Made by a program: the position numbers and the translations under genes. DNA of 64,000 bases, taken from the NCBI GenBank assembly GCA_963820525.1, contig CAWGAA010000001.1:1-64000 (forward strand), written 5' to 3'. The stretch comes from an uncultured Spirochaetota bacterium. GTDB lineage: Bacteria > Spirochaetota > Spirochaetia > SZUA-6 > Fen-1364. The notes below the pieces were generated by a model, which was not told where the DNA came from, did not search any database, and was given only the letters and a program-made list of their open reading frames with translations. Positions 9,104 to 18,500 of the stretch are shown here, one piece after another (within the stretch, counting starts at the first letter, position 1; each line of letters starts with the position of its first letter).

Positions 9104-11089
9104 CTACTCCTCTTTTCTGAGCATCTCGCCCACGAACTCCAGGAGAGCTTCGGCGCACACGGGGCAGTACCCTTTCTCCTTCAGCTTGGAGATGGCCTCG
9201 TTCTTCCGCTCCATCGTCTTGGGGTCCTTGCGGCTCCTGTCCGCCAGGGTGAGAGAGACGATGTTTTTCAAATCGGCGATGAGCTTCTTCTCGATCGCCT
9301 CCTGGAGGGGCGGGTAGCTCTTGAAGTCGAAGCTTTCGCCGCGGTCCATCGAGTCGCTCTTGAACACAAAGAGGCCCTGCCTGAACTCGGCCTTGGCGCC
9401 TTCGGAGATTCCCACCATCTCCTCGATGGAGCGCATCAGCTTCTCGTCGGGCTCCGTTTCCTCGTGGGTCACCGGATCGAGGATCTTGCGCTTCAGGCAG
9501 TACGCCGTGGCGTTCTTCATGTAGTTGTCGAACAGGGCCTGAGCCTGGTCCTCGTAGGCGAAGAGGAAGGCGTGGTTGATCTCCTTCTTGGCCCTCTGGC
9601 GGTATTCGGCCAGGACGCTCCCCTTTTCGGCCATCAGGAGGTCCATGTAGCGCGTCCTCTCCTCGTCGGTGAACCCGATGTGGTGGTCGAACTGGTGCTT
9701 CAGGGCGCGGATCACGTCCACCGGGTTGACGCATCCGGCCCCGTCCTTTGCCGTGCCCAGGGCGATATTGAGGGCGTTCATGATGAACCGGGGGCTGATA
9801 CCCGACATCCCCTCGCCCTTTTCCTTGCCCTTCAGCCACAGCTTCTTGAGGTCCACGGGGTCCTTCTCCTTCTCCACGATGGCCTCCCCGTTGTAGTACT
9901 TGGCCTTCTTGAGAAGGTCGGGGCAGAGGGGGGAGGGGGTGAGACGGGTGAGAACCGCGAAGAGGCCGGCCATCTCCAGGCCGAAGGGGGCGATATGGAC
10001 CTTTTCATGGAACTCGCTGCGTCCGATCAACTTCTTGTAGATGGACATCTCGTCCTTGAAGCGCAGGTTGTACGGGACATAGATCGGGTACATCCTGTCG
10101 TGCAGCGCCTCGTTCTCCTTGTTCGTCTTGAACTTCTCGAACTCGGTCTGGTTGGTGTGACTGACGATGACGGTGTCCACGTAGGTCTGGGGGAAGCCGG
10201 GAGACTTGATCATCTGCTCCTGGGCGACGGTGATCAGCACGTAGTGGAACTTGATGTCGCACTTGAGGATCTCGATGTACTCGATCATTCCGCGGTTGGA
10301 GATCTGCAGCTCCCCGTCGAACTTGTATCCCAGGGGATGTCCCTCTCCATACTGGGTGATGGTCCCCAGGTCCACGTGCCCGATGAGCTCCGAGATGTCC
10401 TGGTTCTTGGGATCGGAGGGCTGAAAAGTGCCGATTCCCACGCGGGAGCGCTCGCTCAGGCGGATCTGAACGATCGGGAAATCTTCCCACTTGGGGTTTC
10501 CTTCGTGGTCCCGCCATTCCTGCTCGGTGGTGAGCCGGTACTTGCACACGGGACAGAGGTCTCCCTCGATCTTGCCCCCCAGGAGATTTTCGAAATCCGG
10601 CCGCTGGGAACGGGGGATCAGGTGGAGGGGCTCCTCGTTGATGGGGCAGCCCCTGATGGCGTAGATGGGAACCTCGCTCCTCTCCAATCCCCGCTTCAAC
10701 AGAGACACGATGGTGGACTTTCCCGAGGAGACCGGGCCGACGAGGATGAGGATCCGCTTACCCGTCTCCGTCCTATTTGCCCCCGCCCGCAGGAATCGGA
10801 CCAGGTCGTGAAGAACCTCCTCCACGCCGAAGATCTCGTCGGCGAAGAAGCTGTACTTGACCTCGTCCTCGTAATGCGGCAGCTTCTCGAATCCGGTGAT
10901 CTCCGTGGTGCCCTTCCGCATGATCGTGTCGTACATCCTGCCGGGGGCTAGCTGGGCAATGGCGGGATTTTCATGGACAAGGGCCATGTACTCCTTCATC
11001 GTCCCTTCCCAGAGGTTGTCGCTGTTGGCTTTGGACTGGCGCACCAGGGCATCCAATGAATCCTCGAAACGGTTCTTTCCGCTCGTCAT
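9104..11089 (-). CDS. prkA: PrkA/YeaG family AAA+ serine protein kinase
   Basis: GPVSSGKST, CPINEEPLHLIP, GIGTFQPSDPKNQD, NRGMIEYIE and EGMSGISPRF motifs. Confidence 0.93.
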   Translation of the reverse strand: MTSGKNRFEDSLDALVRQSKANSDNLWEGTMKEYMALVHENPAIAQLAPGRMYDTIMRKGTTEITGFEKLPHYEDEVKYSFFADEIFGVEEVLHDLVRFLRAGANRTETGKRILILVGPVSSGKSTIVSLLKRGLERSEVPIYAIRGCPINEEPLHLIPRSQRPDFENLLGGKIEGDLCPVCKYRLTTEQEWRDHEGNPKWEDFPIVQIRLSERSRVGIGTFQPSDPKNQDISELIGHVDLGTITQYGEGHPLGYKFDGELQISNRGMIEYIEILKCDIKFHYVLITVAQEQMIKSPGFPQTYVDTVIVSHTNQTEFEKFKTNKENEALHDRMYPIYVPYNLRFKDEMSIYKKLIGRSEFHEKVHIAPFGLEMAGLFAVLTRLTPSPLCPDLLKKAKYYNGEAIVEKEKDPVDLKKLWLKGKEKGEGMSGISPRFIMNALNIALGTAKDGAGCVNPVDVIRALKHQFDHHIGFTDEERTRYMDLLMAEKGSVLAEYRQRAKKEINHAFLFAYEDQAQALFDNYMKNATAYCLKRKILDPVTHEETEPDEKLMRSIEEMVGISEGAKAEFRQGLFVFKSDSMDRGESFDFKSYPPLQEAIEKKLIADLKNIVSLTLADRSRKDPKTMERKNEAISKLKEKGYCPVCAEALLEFVGEMLRKEE

Positions 11090-11501
11090 GCTACCTTTCT
11101 CCTTCCCTCAGCTCCGCGCATCCGCACCCTTCTCCAGGCCAGTTGGAGGGGCCGACCTCCTCTCGGCGACCGAGCGTGTCTGCGCGAGCGGGACGGGTGC
11201 GGGAGGGGTGATCGTGATGAAGCGGCTGACAGGAGGGGTGCCGCCGCAAGCGGATGGGGCGCTTGATGATCGCAGCGGCGCGCTTCGCGCCCGAAAGCCG
11301 AGCCCCGCCGCGGGGTATTTCCGAACTCCGTTCCACTCTCGCTACACGATGCCGGTGCCGCATCCAATATACTCACGCGGTCAATCGAATTCCATAAACG
11401 GCAGGGGCCGACGATATTGACACGTCCCCCGATCGGGAGATACGGTGCACCGGAATCGGCGGAGGCGGTCCGCGTCCGCGGACCTACTGAAGAGGTGGGC
11501 A

Positions 11502-12482
11502 ATGAGAATCGGGCTGAGCTACGATCTTCGCTCCGAGTACCTGACGCAGGGCTTTTCCGAGGAGGAAACGGCGGAGTTCGACAGGGAGGAAACCGTCGAG
11601 GCGATCGAAGCGGCGATCCGCTCGTGCGGGCACGACACCGACAGGATCGGCAACTACAGAAGCCTCATCGGGCGGCTCTCCGGGGGCGACCGCTGGGACC
11701 TCGTGTTCAACATCTGCGAGGGCATGTTCGGGCTGGGCAGAGAGGCGCTCGTGCCCGCCCTGCTGGATGCCTGGAGAATCCCCTACACGTTTTCGGACCC
11801 CGTGGTGCTGGCCGTATCGCTGCACAAGGCCATGACCAAGCGGGTGGTCCGCGACTGCGGCGTTCCCACCCCGGACTTCGCCCTTGTGGAAAGGCTGGAG
11901 GATCTCGGGGACGTCGCGCTTCCATTCCCTTTGTTCGCCAAGCCCCTTGCGGAGGGGACGGGAAAAGGAATAGACCCGTCGTCCAGGATCTCCAGCAAGG
12001 CGGAGCTTGCGAGCGTTTGCGCCAGGCTCCTTGAAGCCTACCATCAGCCCGTGCTTGTGGAGAGCTACCTTCCCGGCCGGGAGTTCACCGTGGGCATCGT
12101 GGGCACGGGGGCGGCCGCCGAGGTGGTGGGCGTGATGGAGGTCATCCTCGGAGACAATGCGGAGGCCCATGCCTATTCCTTCGTGAACAAGGAGCGCTGC
12201 GAGGAGCTGGTCACCTACGAGCGCGCAGCGGGCGCCGCGGCCGAGGAGTGCGGGAAGGTCTCCCTTGCCGCCTGGCGGGGCCTGGGCTGCAGGGATGCCG
12301 GGCGCATCGATGTGCGCATGGACGCGAAGGGGAGGGCCAACTTCATCGAAGTGAACCCCCTCGCGGGGCTCCACCCCCAGCATTCGGACCTGCCGATCAT
12401 CTGCACCATGTCGGGGATTCCCTTCACGCAGCTCATCTCCCGGATACTGGAGTCGGCCGGGAAGCGCCTCGCGGATCGCTAG
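11502..12482 (+). CDS. D-Ala-D-Ala ligase-like ATP-grasp protein
   Basis: MRIGLSYDLR..EETAEFD, VFNICEG, KPLAEGTGKGI, LPGREFTVG and EVNPLAGLHP motifs; GAGGTG SD. Confidence 0.85.
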   Translation: MRIGLSYDLRSEYLTQGFSEEETAEFDREETVEAIEAAIRSCGHDTDRIGNYRSLIGRLSGGDRWDLVFNICEGMFGLGREALVPALLDAWRIPYTFSDPVVLAVSLHKAMTKRVVRDCGVPTPDFALVERLEDLGDVALPFPLFAKPLAEGTGKGIDPSSRISSKAELASVCARLLEAYHQPVLVESYLPGREFTVGIVGTGAAAEVVGVMEVILGDNAEAHAYSFVNKERCEELVTYERAAGAAAEECGKVSLAAWRGLGCRDAGRIDVRMDAKGRANFIEVNPLAGLHPQHSDLPIICTMSGIPFTQLISRILESAGKRLADR

Positions 12483-12497
12483 CCTGTTCGACCGCCG

Positions 12498-13409
12498 CTA
12501 CGCCGGGTCCCACGGGCACTCGATATTTATTGGACCGTTGGTCTGGTTGGAAGCGAGCTTCTGGCGCACGCAGGCGCAGAAGCGGTCCACGATCCAGTCG
12601 AAGCACGGCGAAGGGATCTTCTCCTTTTGCACGTCAGGCACGTCGTTATACGAATCTATGATATAGGGCTTCCTGTCCGCCGTGATGCACCACTCGATGC
12701 TGTTGAAATCAAGGCCCACCAGCGCGTTCAGCTCCGCGGTTTTTTTCGTGATGAACTCGGCGACATCCTCTATCCCCCGTAGGTCGCTGCAGGTGTAGAC
12801 GCCCATGTCGAAGGGCTTGGGGTTCCACCTCACCAGGAGAACCTCGCTCCTGTTGACGCAGAATGCCCTGTAGTATTCGCGCCATTCGATCAGCTCCTGC
12901 AGGAGGAGTACGCGGCGGCCCTTGAGGTTTTCGTAGAGGCTGCGGAGCTCCTCCAGGTTGTCGGCGCGAAAGACGTCCTGCCAGGCGTAGCCGTCCACGG
13001 GCTTCAGGATGCAGGGAAAGGACATCTCGGCCGAGATCCTGGCCCAGTCGGGCTCGGCCACCATCTCGCGCACGTCTTCGATCAGGTTCACGCGCGGGAG
13101 CATGACGGTCTTGGGGTGCGGGATCCCGAGCCTGTCGTAGCAGAGGATGTCGGAGAGCTTGTTGGCGATCTGGGTGAAGAAAGGGTTGTTGATGACATAG
13201 GCCCCGGTCAGAGACCAGTACCTCATCACCTCGCGCAGAAACGGGTCCGCAAAGCTCACCCTGTCAATGACCACCCGGTACGGAGATGGAGAGGGGTGGG
13301 CAAGCTCCCCCTGGCGGATGAACTCGACATCCAGGTCCGCAAGTCCCCTGGCCACGCTGGCGATGAAATCGTTGTCCTTGAACTCGAGTATCCCGATCTT
13401 CCTGCTCAC
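12498..13409 (-). CDS. RimK/glutathione-synthetase-like ATP-grasp protein
   Basis: VIDRVS, VINNPFF, GIPHPKTVMLP, FPCILKPVDGYAWQDV and LQELIEW motifs; GTG start. Confidence 0.75.
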   Translation of the reverse strand: MSRKIGILEFKDNDFIASVARGLADLDVEFIRQGELAHPSPSPYRVVIDRVSFADPFLREVMRYWSLTGAYVINNPFFTQIANKLSDILCYDRLGIPHPKTVMLPRVNLIEDVREMVAEPDWARISAEMSFPCILKPVDGYAWQDVFRADNLEELRSLYENLKGRRVLLLQELIEWREYYRAFCVNRSEVLLVRWNPKPFDMGVYTCSDLRGIEDVAEFITKKTAELNALVGLDFNSIEWCITADRKPYIIDSYNDVPDVQKEKIPSPCFDWIVDRFCACVRQKLASNQTNGPINIECPWDPA

Positions 13410-13424
13410 GGCTCATAGTAGGAC

Positions 13425-13462
13425 AAAAAAAGAGTCCTTTCCAGCGAAGGAGGAAAGGACTC
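13425..13462 (-). terminator. Intrinsic terminator of the beta-barrel gene
   Basis: GAGTCCTTTCC/GGAAAGGACTC 11-bp stem followed by T7 on the minus strand. Confidence 0.8.
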
Positions 13463-13485
13463 GCAAGCTCGCCGGGATGCGTGAA

Positions 13486-13959
13486 CTAGAACCAGAACCG
13501 GAAGCCGAATCCTGCCTGGAGGTGGAGGTTGGGGATCGTGATCCCCGGAGCACCGATAAAGACCATTGCCGGCGCCACTTCGAGGAAGAGCTCGAGGACC
13601 TGCCCGATGGGCCAGATCTGCAGGCCGATGGGAACCCTGCCGCCGAGGGTGAAATCAGGCGTCAGCCCCAGGAAGAGGCCCGGGCCGATGTAGATGTCGA
13701 GGATTCCGACCAGATGGGCATGATAGAGCCACCAGTCCAGCGTCATTCCCAGGTTGAAGGTGTTCTCCCCGATCGTGGTTCCGATACCGATTACGAAGGG
13801 CAGTTGCTGGAACTTCATGGTGAGCAGCGCCTGGGAAGGCAGCCCGCCCAAGGCGTCTATGCTTCCCTCGATGCCGATTCCGAACCCGGCGCTCTTGGCG
13901 AATGCAGCTGACGATGCGATGAGCACAAGGGCTAGCACGAGCAATCCGATCTTTTTCAT
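13486..13959 (-). CDS. Small outer-membrane beta-barrel protein (DUF3996-like)
   Basis: Signal peptide MKKIGLLVLALVLIASSAAFA, amphipathic strands, RVPIGLQ..LELFLEVAP, C-terminal RFWF; AAGGAG SD. Confidence 0.75.
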   Translation of the reverse strand: MKKIGLLVLALVLIASSAAFAKSAGFGIGIEGSIDALGGLPSQALLTMKFQQLPFVIGIGTTIGENTFNLGMTLDWWLYHAHLVGILDIYIGPGLFLGLTPDFTLGGRVPIGLQIWPIGQVLELFLEVAPAMVFIGAPGITIPNLHLQAGFGFRFWF

Positions 13960-14237
13960 ACCCACTCCTTGATTATTTTGTCTGGCTGTATGCCCGGACC
14001 GATGTCGAGGTTACACTCTGACAACTCACGAGTCAAGGGAATTGTCGGGTTCAACCTCTTCGTCGGCACCTGCGCATTGGATTATATCCCCGGGAGAGGT
14101 TGTTTTTCAGGGTACCGGAGATAATCGATGAATCTCCTGGAAGTGCCCGTTTCGACCGATCATGAAAGTAGGGTTGAAGATGGGCCCGTTACGGAGTATA
14201 GGTGAAGGTGATCCGAGGGCCAGCAGGCGGTGACTGA

Positions 14238-14537
14238 ATGGACTGGGCAAGCCGATTGAGGGAAGAGGAAGCGAGGCTGAAGAGCCTCGTCGAGAGGCTC
14301 GGAAAAGCGCAGGGCAATGGGCTGCGCTCCCGTGTGGAACGCTCCCAGCTCAGCCATGCGCTCAGCCGGCGGCTCTCTCAGACCAGGAGCTTCCTGGATG
14401 ACTGCCTCAGCGGCAGAAACGAATACGAGAAGGCCCTGATGCAGTATCGCGTTCGCGTCGAGTTCCCGATGTACTGCCACCTGCAGTCCATATTCTCTAT
14501 TTCAGAAGATCCCTTCGAAGATCGCACCTGCGCCTGA
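14238..14537 (+). CDS. Hypothetical 99-aa helical protein
   Basis: Fills the intergenic gap; GC3-biased codons; coiled-coil-like N-terminus. Confidence 0.5.
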   Translation: MDWASRLREEEARLKSLVERLGKAQGNGLRSRVERSQLSHALSRRLSQTRSFLDDCLSGRNEYEKALMQYRVRVEFPMYCHLQSIFSISEDPFEDRTCA

Positions 14538-14571
14538 GGGCGCGTTTTTCCCCACACCATCACATCCGTCA

Positions 14572-14600
14572 TTGACACGAGACCGCCTGGGCGGTACACC
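14572..14600 (+). promoter_or_regulatory. iorA promoter with a dyad in the spacer
   Basis: TTGACA-17-TACACC; ACCGCC-TG-GGCGGT palindrome at 14582-14595. Confidence 0.5.
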
Positions 14601-14609
14601 ATTGCCGCC

Positions 14610-16409
14610 ATGACCGAAACAGATTCCGCCCGTGAGCTTCTCTCGGGCAATCAAGCGATAGCGCGCGGCGCCTGGGAGGCCGGAGTCACGGTGGCGACCG
14701 GATACCCCGGCACTCCCTCCACCGAGATCCTCGAAACGGCAAGCGGCTTCGGCGGAGACCTCTACTGCGAGTGGTCTCCCAACGAGAAGGTCGCCTTCGA
14801 AGTCGCCGCCGGGGCCGCCCTGGCGGGCGCGCGTGCAATCGTGACCATGAAGCACGTCGGGCTCAACGTGGCCGCCGACCCCCTGATGACTCTGGCCTAT
14901 ACGGGGGTTGTCGGAGGCTTCGTGGTCTGCGTGGCGGACGATCCGGGAATGCACTCGTCTCAGAACGAGCAGGACAGCAGGAATTACGCCCGGTTCGCCA
15001 AGATCCCGCTCTTCGAGCCTTCGGACTCGCAGGAGGCGAAGGACTTCGTCGGGATCGCGCTCGAGCTCTCGGAGAAGCACTCCATTCCGGTGATGCTGCG
15101 CTCTACAACCCGGGTGAGCCATTCATCGGGCCTCGTCACCACCGGGGAAAGGCGCGCTCTTGCGCGAAAACCCGCCTTCCAGAAGAACCCCGAGCGTTTC
15201 GTTCCGATCCCCCTCTGGGGGCGCGGCATGAGGGTGACCCTGGAGAAGCGGCTCGCGGATCTGTCCTCCGAGGTGAACGACTCGGCGGCAAACAGGATCG
15301 AATGGGGCGATCGTTCCCTCGGCATCGTCACGTCGGGCATTTCCTACCAGTACGTGCGCGAGCTCCTTCCCGGCGCATCCGTGCTGAAGCTGGGATGGAG
15401 CTATCCGCTGCCCGACGAGCTGATCCGGCGGTTCGCCTCGGGGGTCGAGGAGCTTCTCGTTGTCGAGGAGCTGGACGCCATCATCGAGGAGCACATCAGG
15501 TCCCTCGGTGTAGCATGCTCCGGGCGCAGGGCGGCGGGCGGGCGGGCTGCCGTGCCGGGAATCGGAGAGCTTTCCCCTTCGCGGCTTGCCCCGGTTTTCG
15601 CTCGGGAGACTGCAAAGGCGGACAAGCCGGCCGCGGCCCTCACGGAAGCCGCGGATCTGCCTGCCCGGCCCCCCGTTCTCTGCCCGGGCTGCCCCCATCG
15701 GGGGATTTTCCACGCCCTGGGCAAGTTCGACGTTGTCGTCACGGGAGATATCGGCTGCTACAGCCTCGGTGTTTTCCCGCCCCTTTCTCGTCTCGATACC
15801 ATCCTCTGCATGGGGGCCGGCATATCGATGGCCCATGGGATGCAGAAGGCCGGCGAACCGCGGAAGGTGGTGGGCATCGTGGGCGATTCCACCTTCTTTC
15901 ACTCCGGGATCACGGGGTTGATCGATATCGCCTACAACCGCGGAGCTTCGATAATCATCGTGGCGGACAACCGCACCACCGCCATGACCGGCCACCAGGA
16001 GCACCCCGGCACCGGGAGGACGATCTTCGGGCAGGAGACCATCGCCCTGAGCATCGAGGATCTGGGCAGGGCGTGCGGCATGAAGAATATCGCCGTCGTG
16101 GATCCCTACCAGACCAAGGAGACCGTGAAGACGCTGCGCTCGGCCCTGGAGTCGGGCGAGCCGTGGCTCATCGTCTCGCGCGGGGCGTGTCCCCTGTACA
16201 CGCACAGCACCCTGGGGCCGGCGCGAAGGGTGAATCAGGAGCTTTGCTCGCAGTGCAAGGCGTGCCTGAAGCTCGGCTGCCCGGCGATCGAGCTCATCGA
16301 CGACACGGTACGGATCAATGAGCTTCTCTGCGGCGGCTGCACCCTCTGCGCAATGGCCTGCCCCAAGGATGCCATTCAGGCTGCCTCGGGAGAGTGTCAT
16401 GAGTCATGA
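14610..16409 (+). CDS. iorA: Indolepyruvate:ferredoxin oxidoreductase alpha subunit
   Basis: GYPGTPSTE, NEKVA, MKHVGLNVAAD, CPGCPHR, GDIGCY, GDSTFFHSG and two C-terminal 4Fe-4S motifs. Confidence 0.95.
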   Translation: MTETDSARELLSGNQAIARGAWEAGVTVATGYPGTPSTEILETASGFGGDLYCEWSPNEKVAFEVAAGAALAGARAIVTMKHVGLNVAADPLMTLAYTGVVGGFVVCVADDPGMHSSQNEQDSRNYARFAKIPLFEPSDSQEAKDFVGIALELSEKHSIPVMLRSTTRVSHSSGLVTTGERRALARKPAFQKNPERFVPIPLWGRGMRVTLEKRLADLSSEVNDSAANRIEWGDRSLGIVTSGISYQYVRELLPGASVLKLGWSYPLPDELIRRFASGVEELLVVEELDAIIEEHIRSLGVACSGRRAAGGRAAVPGIGELSPSRLAPVFARETAKADKPAAALTEAADLPARPPVLCPGCPHRGIFHALGKFDVVVTGDIGCYSLGVFPPLSRLDTILCMGAGISMAHGMQKAGEPRKVVGIVGDSTFFHSGITGLIDIAYNRGASIIIVADNRTTAMTGHQEHPGTGRTIFGQETIALSIEDLGRACGMKNIAVVDPYQTKETVKTLRSALESGEPWLIVSRGACPLYTHSTLGPARRVNQELCSQCKACLKLGCPAIELIDDTVRINELLCGGCTLCAMACPKDAIQAASGECHES

Positions 16410-17025
16410 GAAGTCACCAGCACCGAATCAGGCCCCGGGCGCCGGAAACGGCGCGACGACGGGCATCGTGCTCGTCGGCGTCGGCGGGCAGGGAAGCCTG
16501 CTGGCCACCCAGATCACGGCGCGCGCGGCGATGATCGCGGGGTTCGACGTGAAGACCAACGAGGTTCACGGCATGGCGCAGCGGGGAGGCTCCGTTGTTG
16601 CCGAGATCCGCTACGGACGGAAGGTCTGGAGCCCCCTCGTCCCCGAGGGGTCGGCCCGCGTTCTGGCATCCCTCGAGCGCATCGAAGCATTGCGATACGC
16701 CAGGCTCCTCGCCCCCGATGGGCTCGCCGTGGTTTCCAGCCAGGCAATCGTGCCGGTGACAGTCTCCTCGGGCAAGGCGGTCTATCCCTCGGATGCTGAA
16801 GAAAGGCTCCGGCGGGTCTTTCCCCACCTCATCTACCTCGATGCCATGGGAATCGCGGAGAAGCTCTGTGACATCAGAACCGCCAACGTCGTCGTTCTGG
16901 GCGCCCTCTCCACGGCGCTGCCGTTGCCGCATGACTGCTGGATAGCCGCGATCAAAAGGTGCGTGAAGCCGAAGTACGTCGAGATAAACATCCAGGCTTT
17001 TGCCGAAGGGCGGAAGCTGGCCTGA
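16399..17025 (+). CDS. iorB: Indolepyruvate:ferredoxin oxidoreductase beta subunit
   Basis: GVGGQG, EVHGMAQRGGSV and NVVVLGAL motifs. Confidence 0.93.
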   Translation: MSHEKSPAPNQAPGAGNGATTGIVLVGVGGQGSLLATQITARAAMIAGFDVKTNEVHGMAQRGGSVVAEIRYGRKVWSPLVPEGSARVLASLERIEALRYARLLAPDGLAVVSSQAIVPVTVSSGKAVYPSDAEERLRRVFPHLIYLDAMGIAEKLCDIRTANVVVLGALSTALPLPHDCWIAAIKRCVKPKYVEINIQAFAEGRKLA

Positions 17026-17046
17026 GCCGGGAGGCGTCGATTCTCT

Positions 17047-18267
17047 CTACCTGCCGGCGATCCGGATCAGGTTATAGTAGACCTCCACGGCGCGATCGAT
17101 CTCGCCCGTCTCGATCCATTCATCCTCGGTATGGGCCTGGGCTATGTTTCCGGGCCCGAGCACTATCGAGGGGATTCCCCCTGAGCTGAGAGTGGATGCG
17201 TCGGTTCCATAGGGAACACCGCGCGGCCTGGCAGAGCCCAGAACTGAGGCGACGGCCTCCAGGGCTATCCGGGCCACCTCGGAGCCGATCGGAGTATCGA
17301 GGGCGGGCTCGGCAAGCCACGGCTGCTCGAAGCCGGCGGGGAAATCGTGGCCAAGGACGGAAAGGATCTCCTCCCTGCAGTCGTCGAGCGCTTTCCCGGG
17401 GTCCTCGCCGGGGATCAGGCGCCGATCCACTTCCACTTCGCAGAAGGATGGAACGGTATTCACGCTGGTCCCTCCCCCGATGGTGCCGACGCTGAGCGTC
17501 GCGTGCCCCAGGAGAGAGTGGGAAGCCCCGCCGGCCAGCGTGTCCGCGTACAGCTCGAGCACGCTGAGCACTCTGGCCATGCCGTAGATAGCGTTGTTTC
17601 CCAGTTCGGGGTTGGCGCTGTGGCAGCTTTTTCCCCGGGTGGCTATCTTCCAGCGCACAAGGCCCTTGTGGGCAATGACGACTTCCATCCCCGTCGGTTC
17701 GGCGACGATGGCCATGTCGGGCCTGCCGCCCGGCCACGGACCGGCCAGGAGCCTTCGAGCGCCGCGGAAGGTATGCTCCTCGTCCACCGTGCAGGCGAGT
17801 ACCACGGAGGCGGCGCCGCGCGGCCTCTCGGCGGCGATCCGCTCGACTGCGGCCAGCATTGCGGCCATGCCTCCTTTGACGTCGCACGCGCCGCGCCCCC
17901 AGAGCTTGGCCTCCCGCACAACTCCCCCGAAGGGGGCTATCGTCATGCCGCCGGCCGGCACCGTGTCCTGGTGCGCGTCGAGGAGGACCGTCCTTCGGGA
18001 GCCCGGCGCTTCGAGATGCGCCACGATATTGTCGCGGCCGGGGCTCACCTGCTGACGCAGGACGGGGATATTCTTGTCTCTGAAAAAGCCTTCGAGGTAA
18101 TCGCCCAGGGCGGACTCGGCCGGCGCTGATGCACCTTGCACGGCCCGGCCTCCGCTCTCCTGCAAGCCGCTGCTTTCCTGCGGGCCCCCGCGAGCAGGAG
18201 CTTCGCCCATGGGATTCACGCTGGGGATGCGGACAAGATCCGAGGCTATCCTGACTGCGGGCGTCAT
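17047..18267 (-). CDS. M20 family metallo-hydrolase (ArgE/DapE-like)
   Basis: IPSVNP, DAHQDTV, GRGACDVKG, DEE, AEPT, GTDA and AHTEDE motifs; start reassigned to ATG 18267. Confidence 0.88.
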   Translation of the reverse strand: MTPAVRIASDLVRIPSVNPMGEAPARGGPQESSGLQESGGRAVQGASAPAESALGDYLEGFFRDKNIPVLRQQVSPGRDNIVAHLEAPGSRRTVLLDAHQDTVPAGGMTIAPFGGVVREAKLWGRGACDVKGGMAAMLAAVERIAAERPRGAASVVLACTVDEEHTFRGARRLLAGPWPGGRPDMAIVAEPTGMEVVIAHKGLVRWKIATRGKSCHSANPELGNNAIYGMARVLSVLELYADTLAGGASHSLLGHATLSVGTIGGGTSVNTVPSFCEVEVDRRLIPGEDPGKALDDCREEILSVLGHDFPAGFEQPWLAEPALDTPIGSEVARIALEAVASVLGSARPRGVPYGTDASTLSSGGIPSIVLGPGNIAQAHTEDEWIETGEIDRAVEVYYNLIRIAGR

Positions 18268-18274
18268 GCAGTGG

Positions 18275-18303
18275 ACGATAGAACGGCCGTCCGTGACCGT
18301 CAA
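18275..18303 (-). promoter_or_regulatory. Sigma70-type promoter, likely leaderless
   Basis: TTGACG-17-TATCGT, then 7 nt to ATG 18267; no SD. Confidence 0.6.
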
Positions 18304-18447
18304 GAACGCTTTGGGAATCTCCGGACTCAGGCGGCGGCGTTCACTCCACCGCGAAAAGGGGCTATTATGATGGCCGGCGGAAGCGGCGGGCCATGGAGAC
18401 CAACACTTCTCCGGGATCCGAAGCCTCTGGAACGCGGATAATCCGGT

Positions 18448-18478
18448 TTGACTCTTCCCCAGGGGGAGACTTCATCCT
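18448..18478 (+). promoter_or_regulatory. MerR-type promoter/operator (19-bp spacer)
   Basis: TTGACT-19 bp-CATCCT containing the dyad TCTTCCCC-A-GGGGGAGA; a MerR gene follows downstream. Confidence 0.8.
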
Positions 18479-18500
18479 CGTCATTTAGGAGGAAACGAAT

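Noticed and set aside
9099..9839. N-terminal extension of the 679-aa yeaH ORF
   Set aside because: It is an alternate frame within prkA; homology begins at ATG 9098
3850..13409. RiPP cluster (SagB, PIMT, ATP-grasp and Cys-rich peptide)
   Set aside because: No YcaO, transporter or leader/core precursor; genes are scattered on both strands; the peptide looks like a zinc finger
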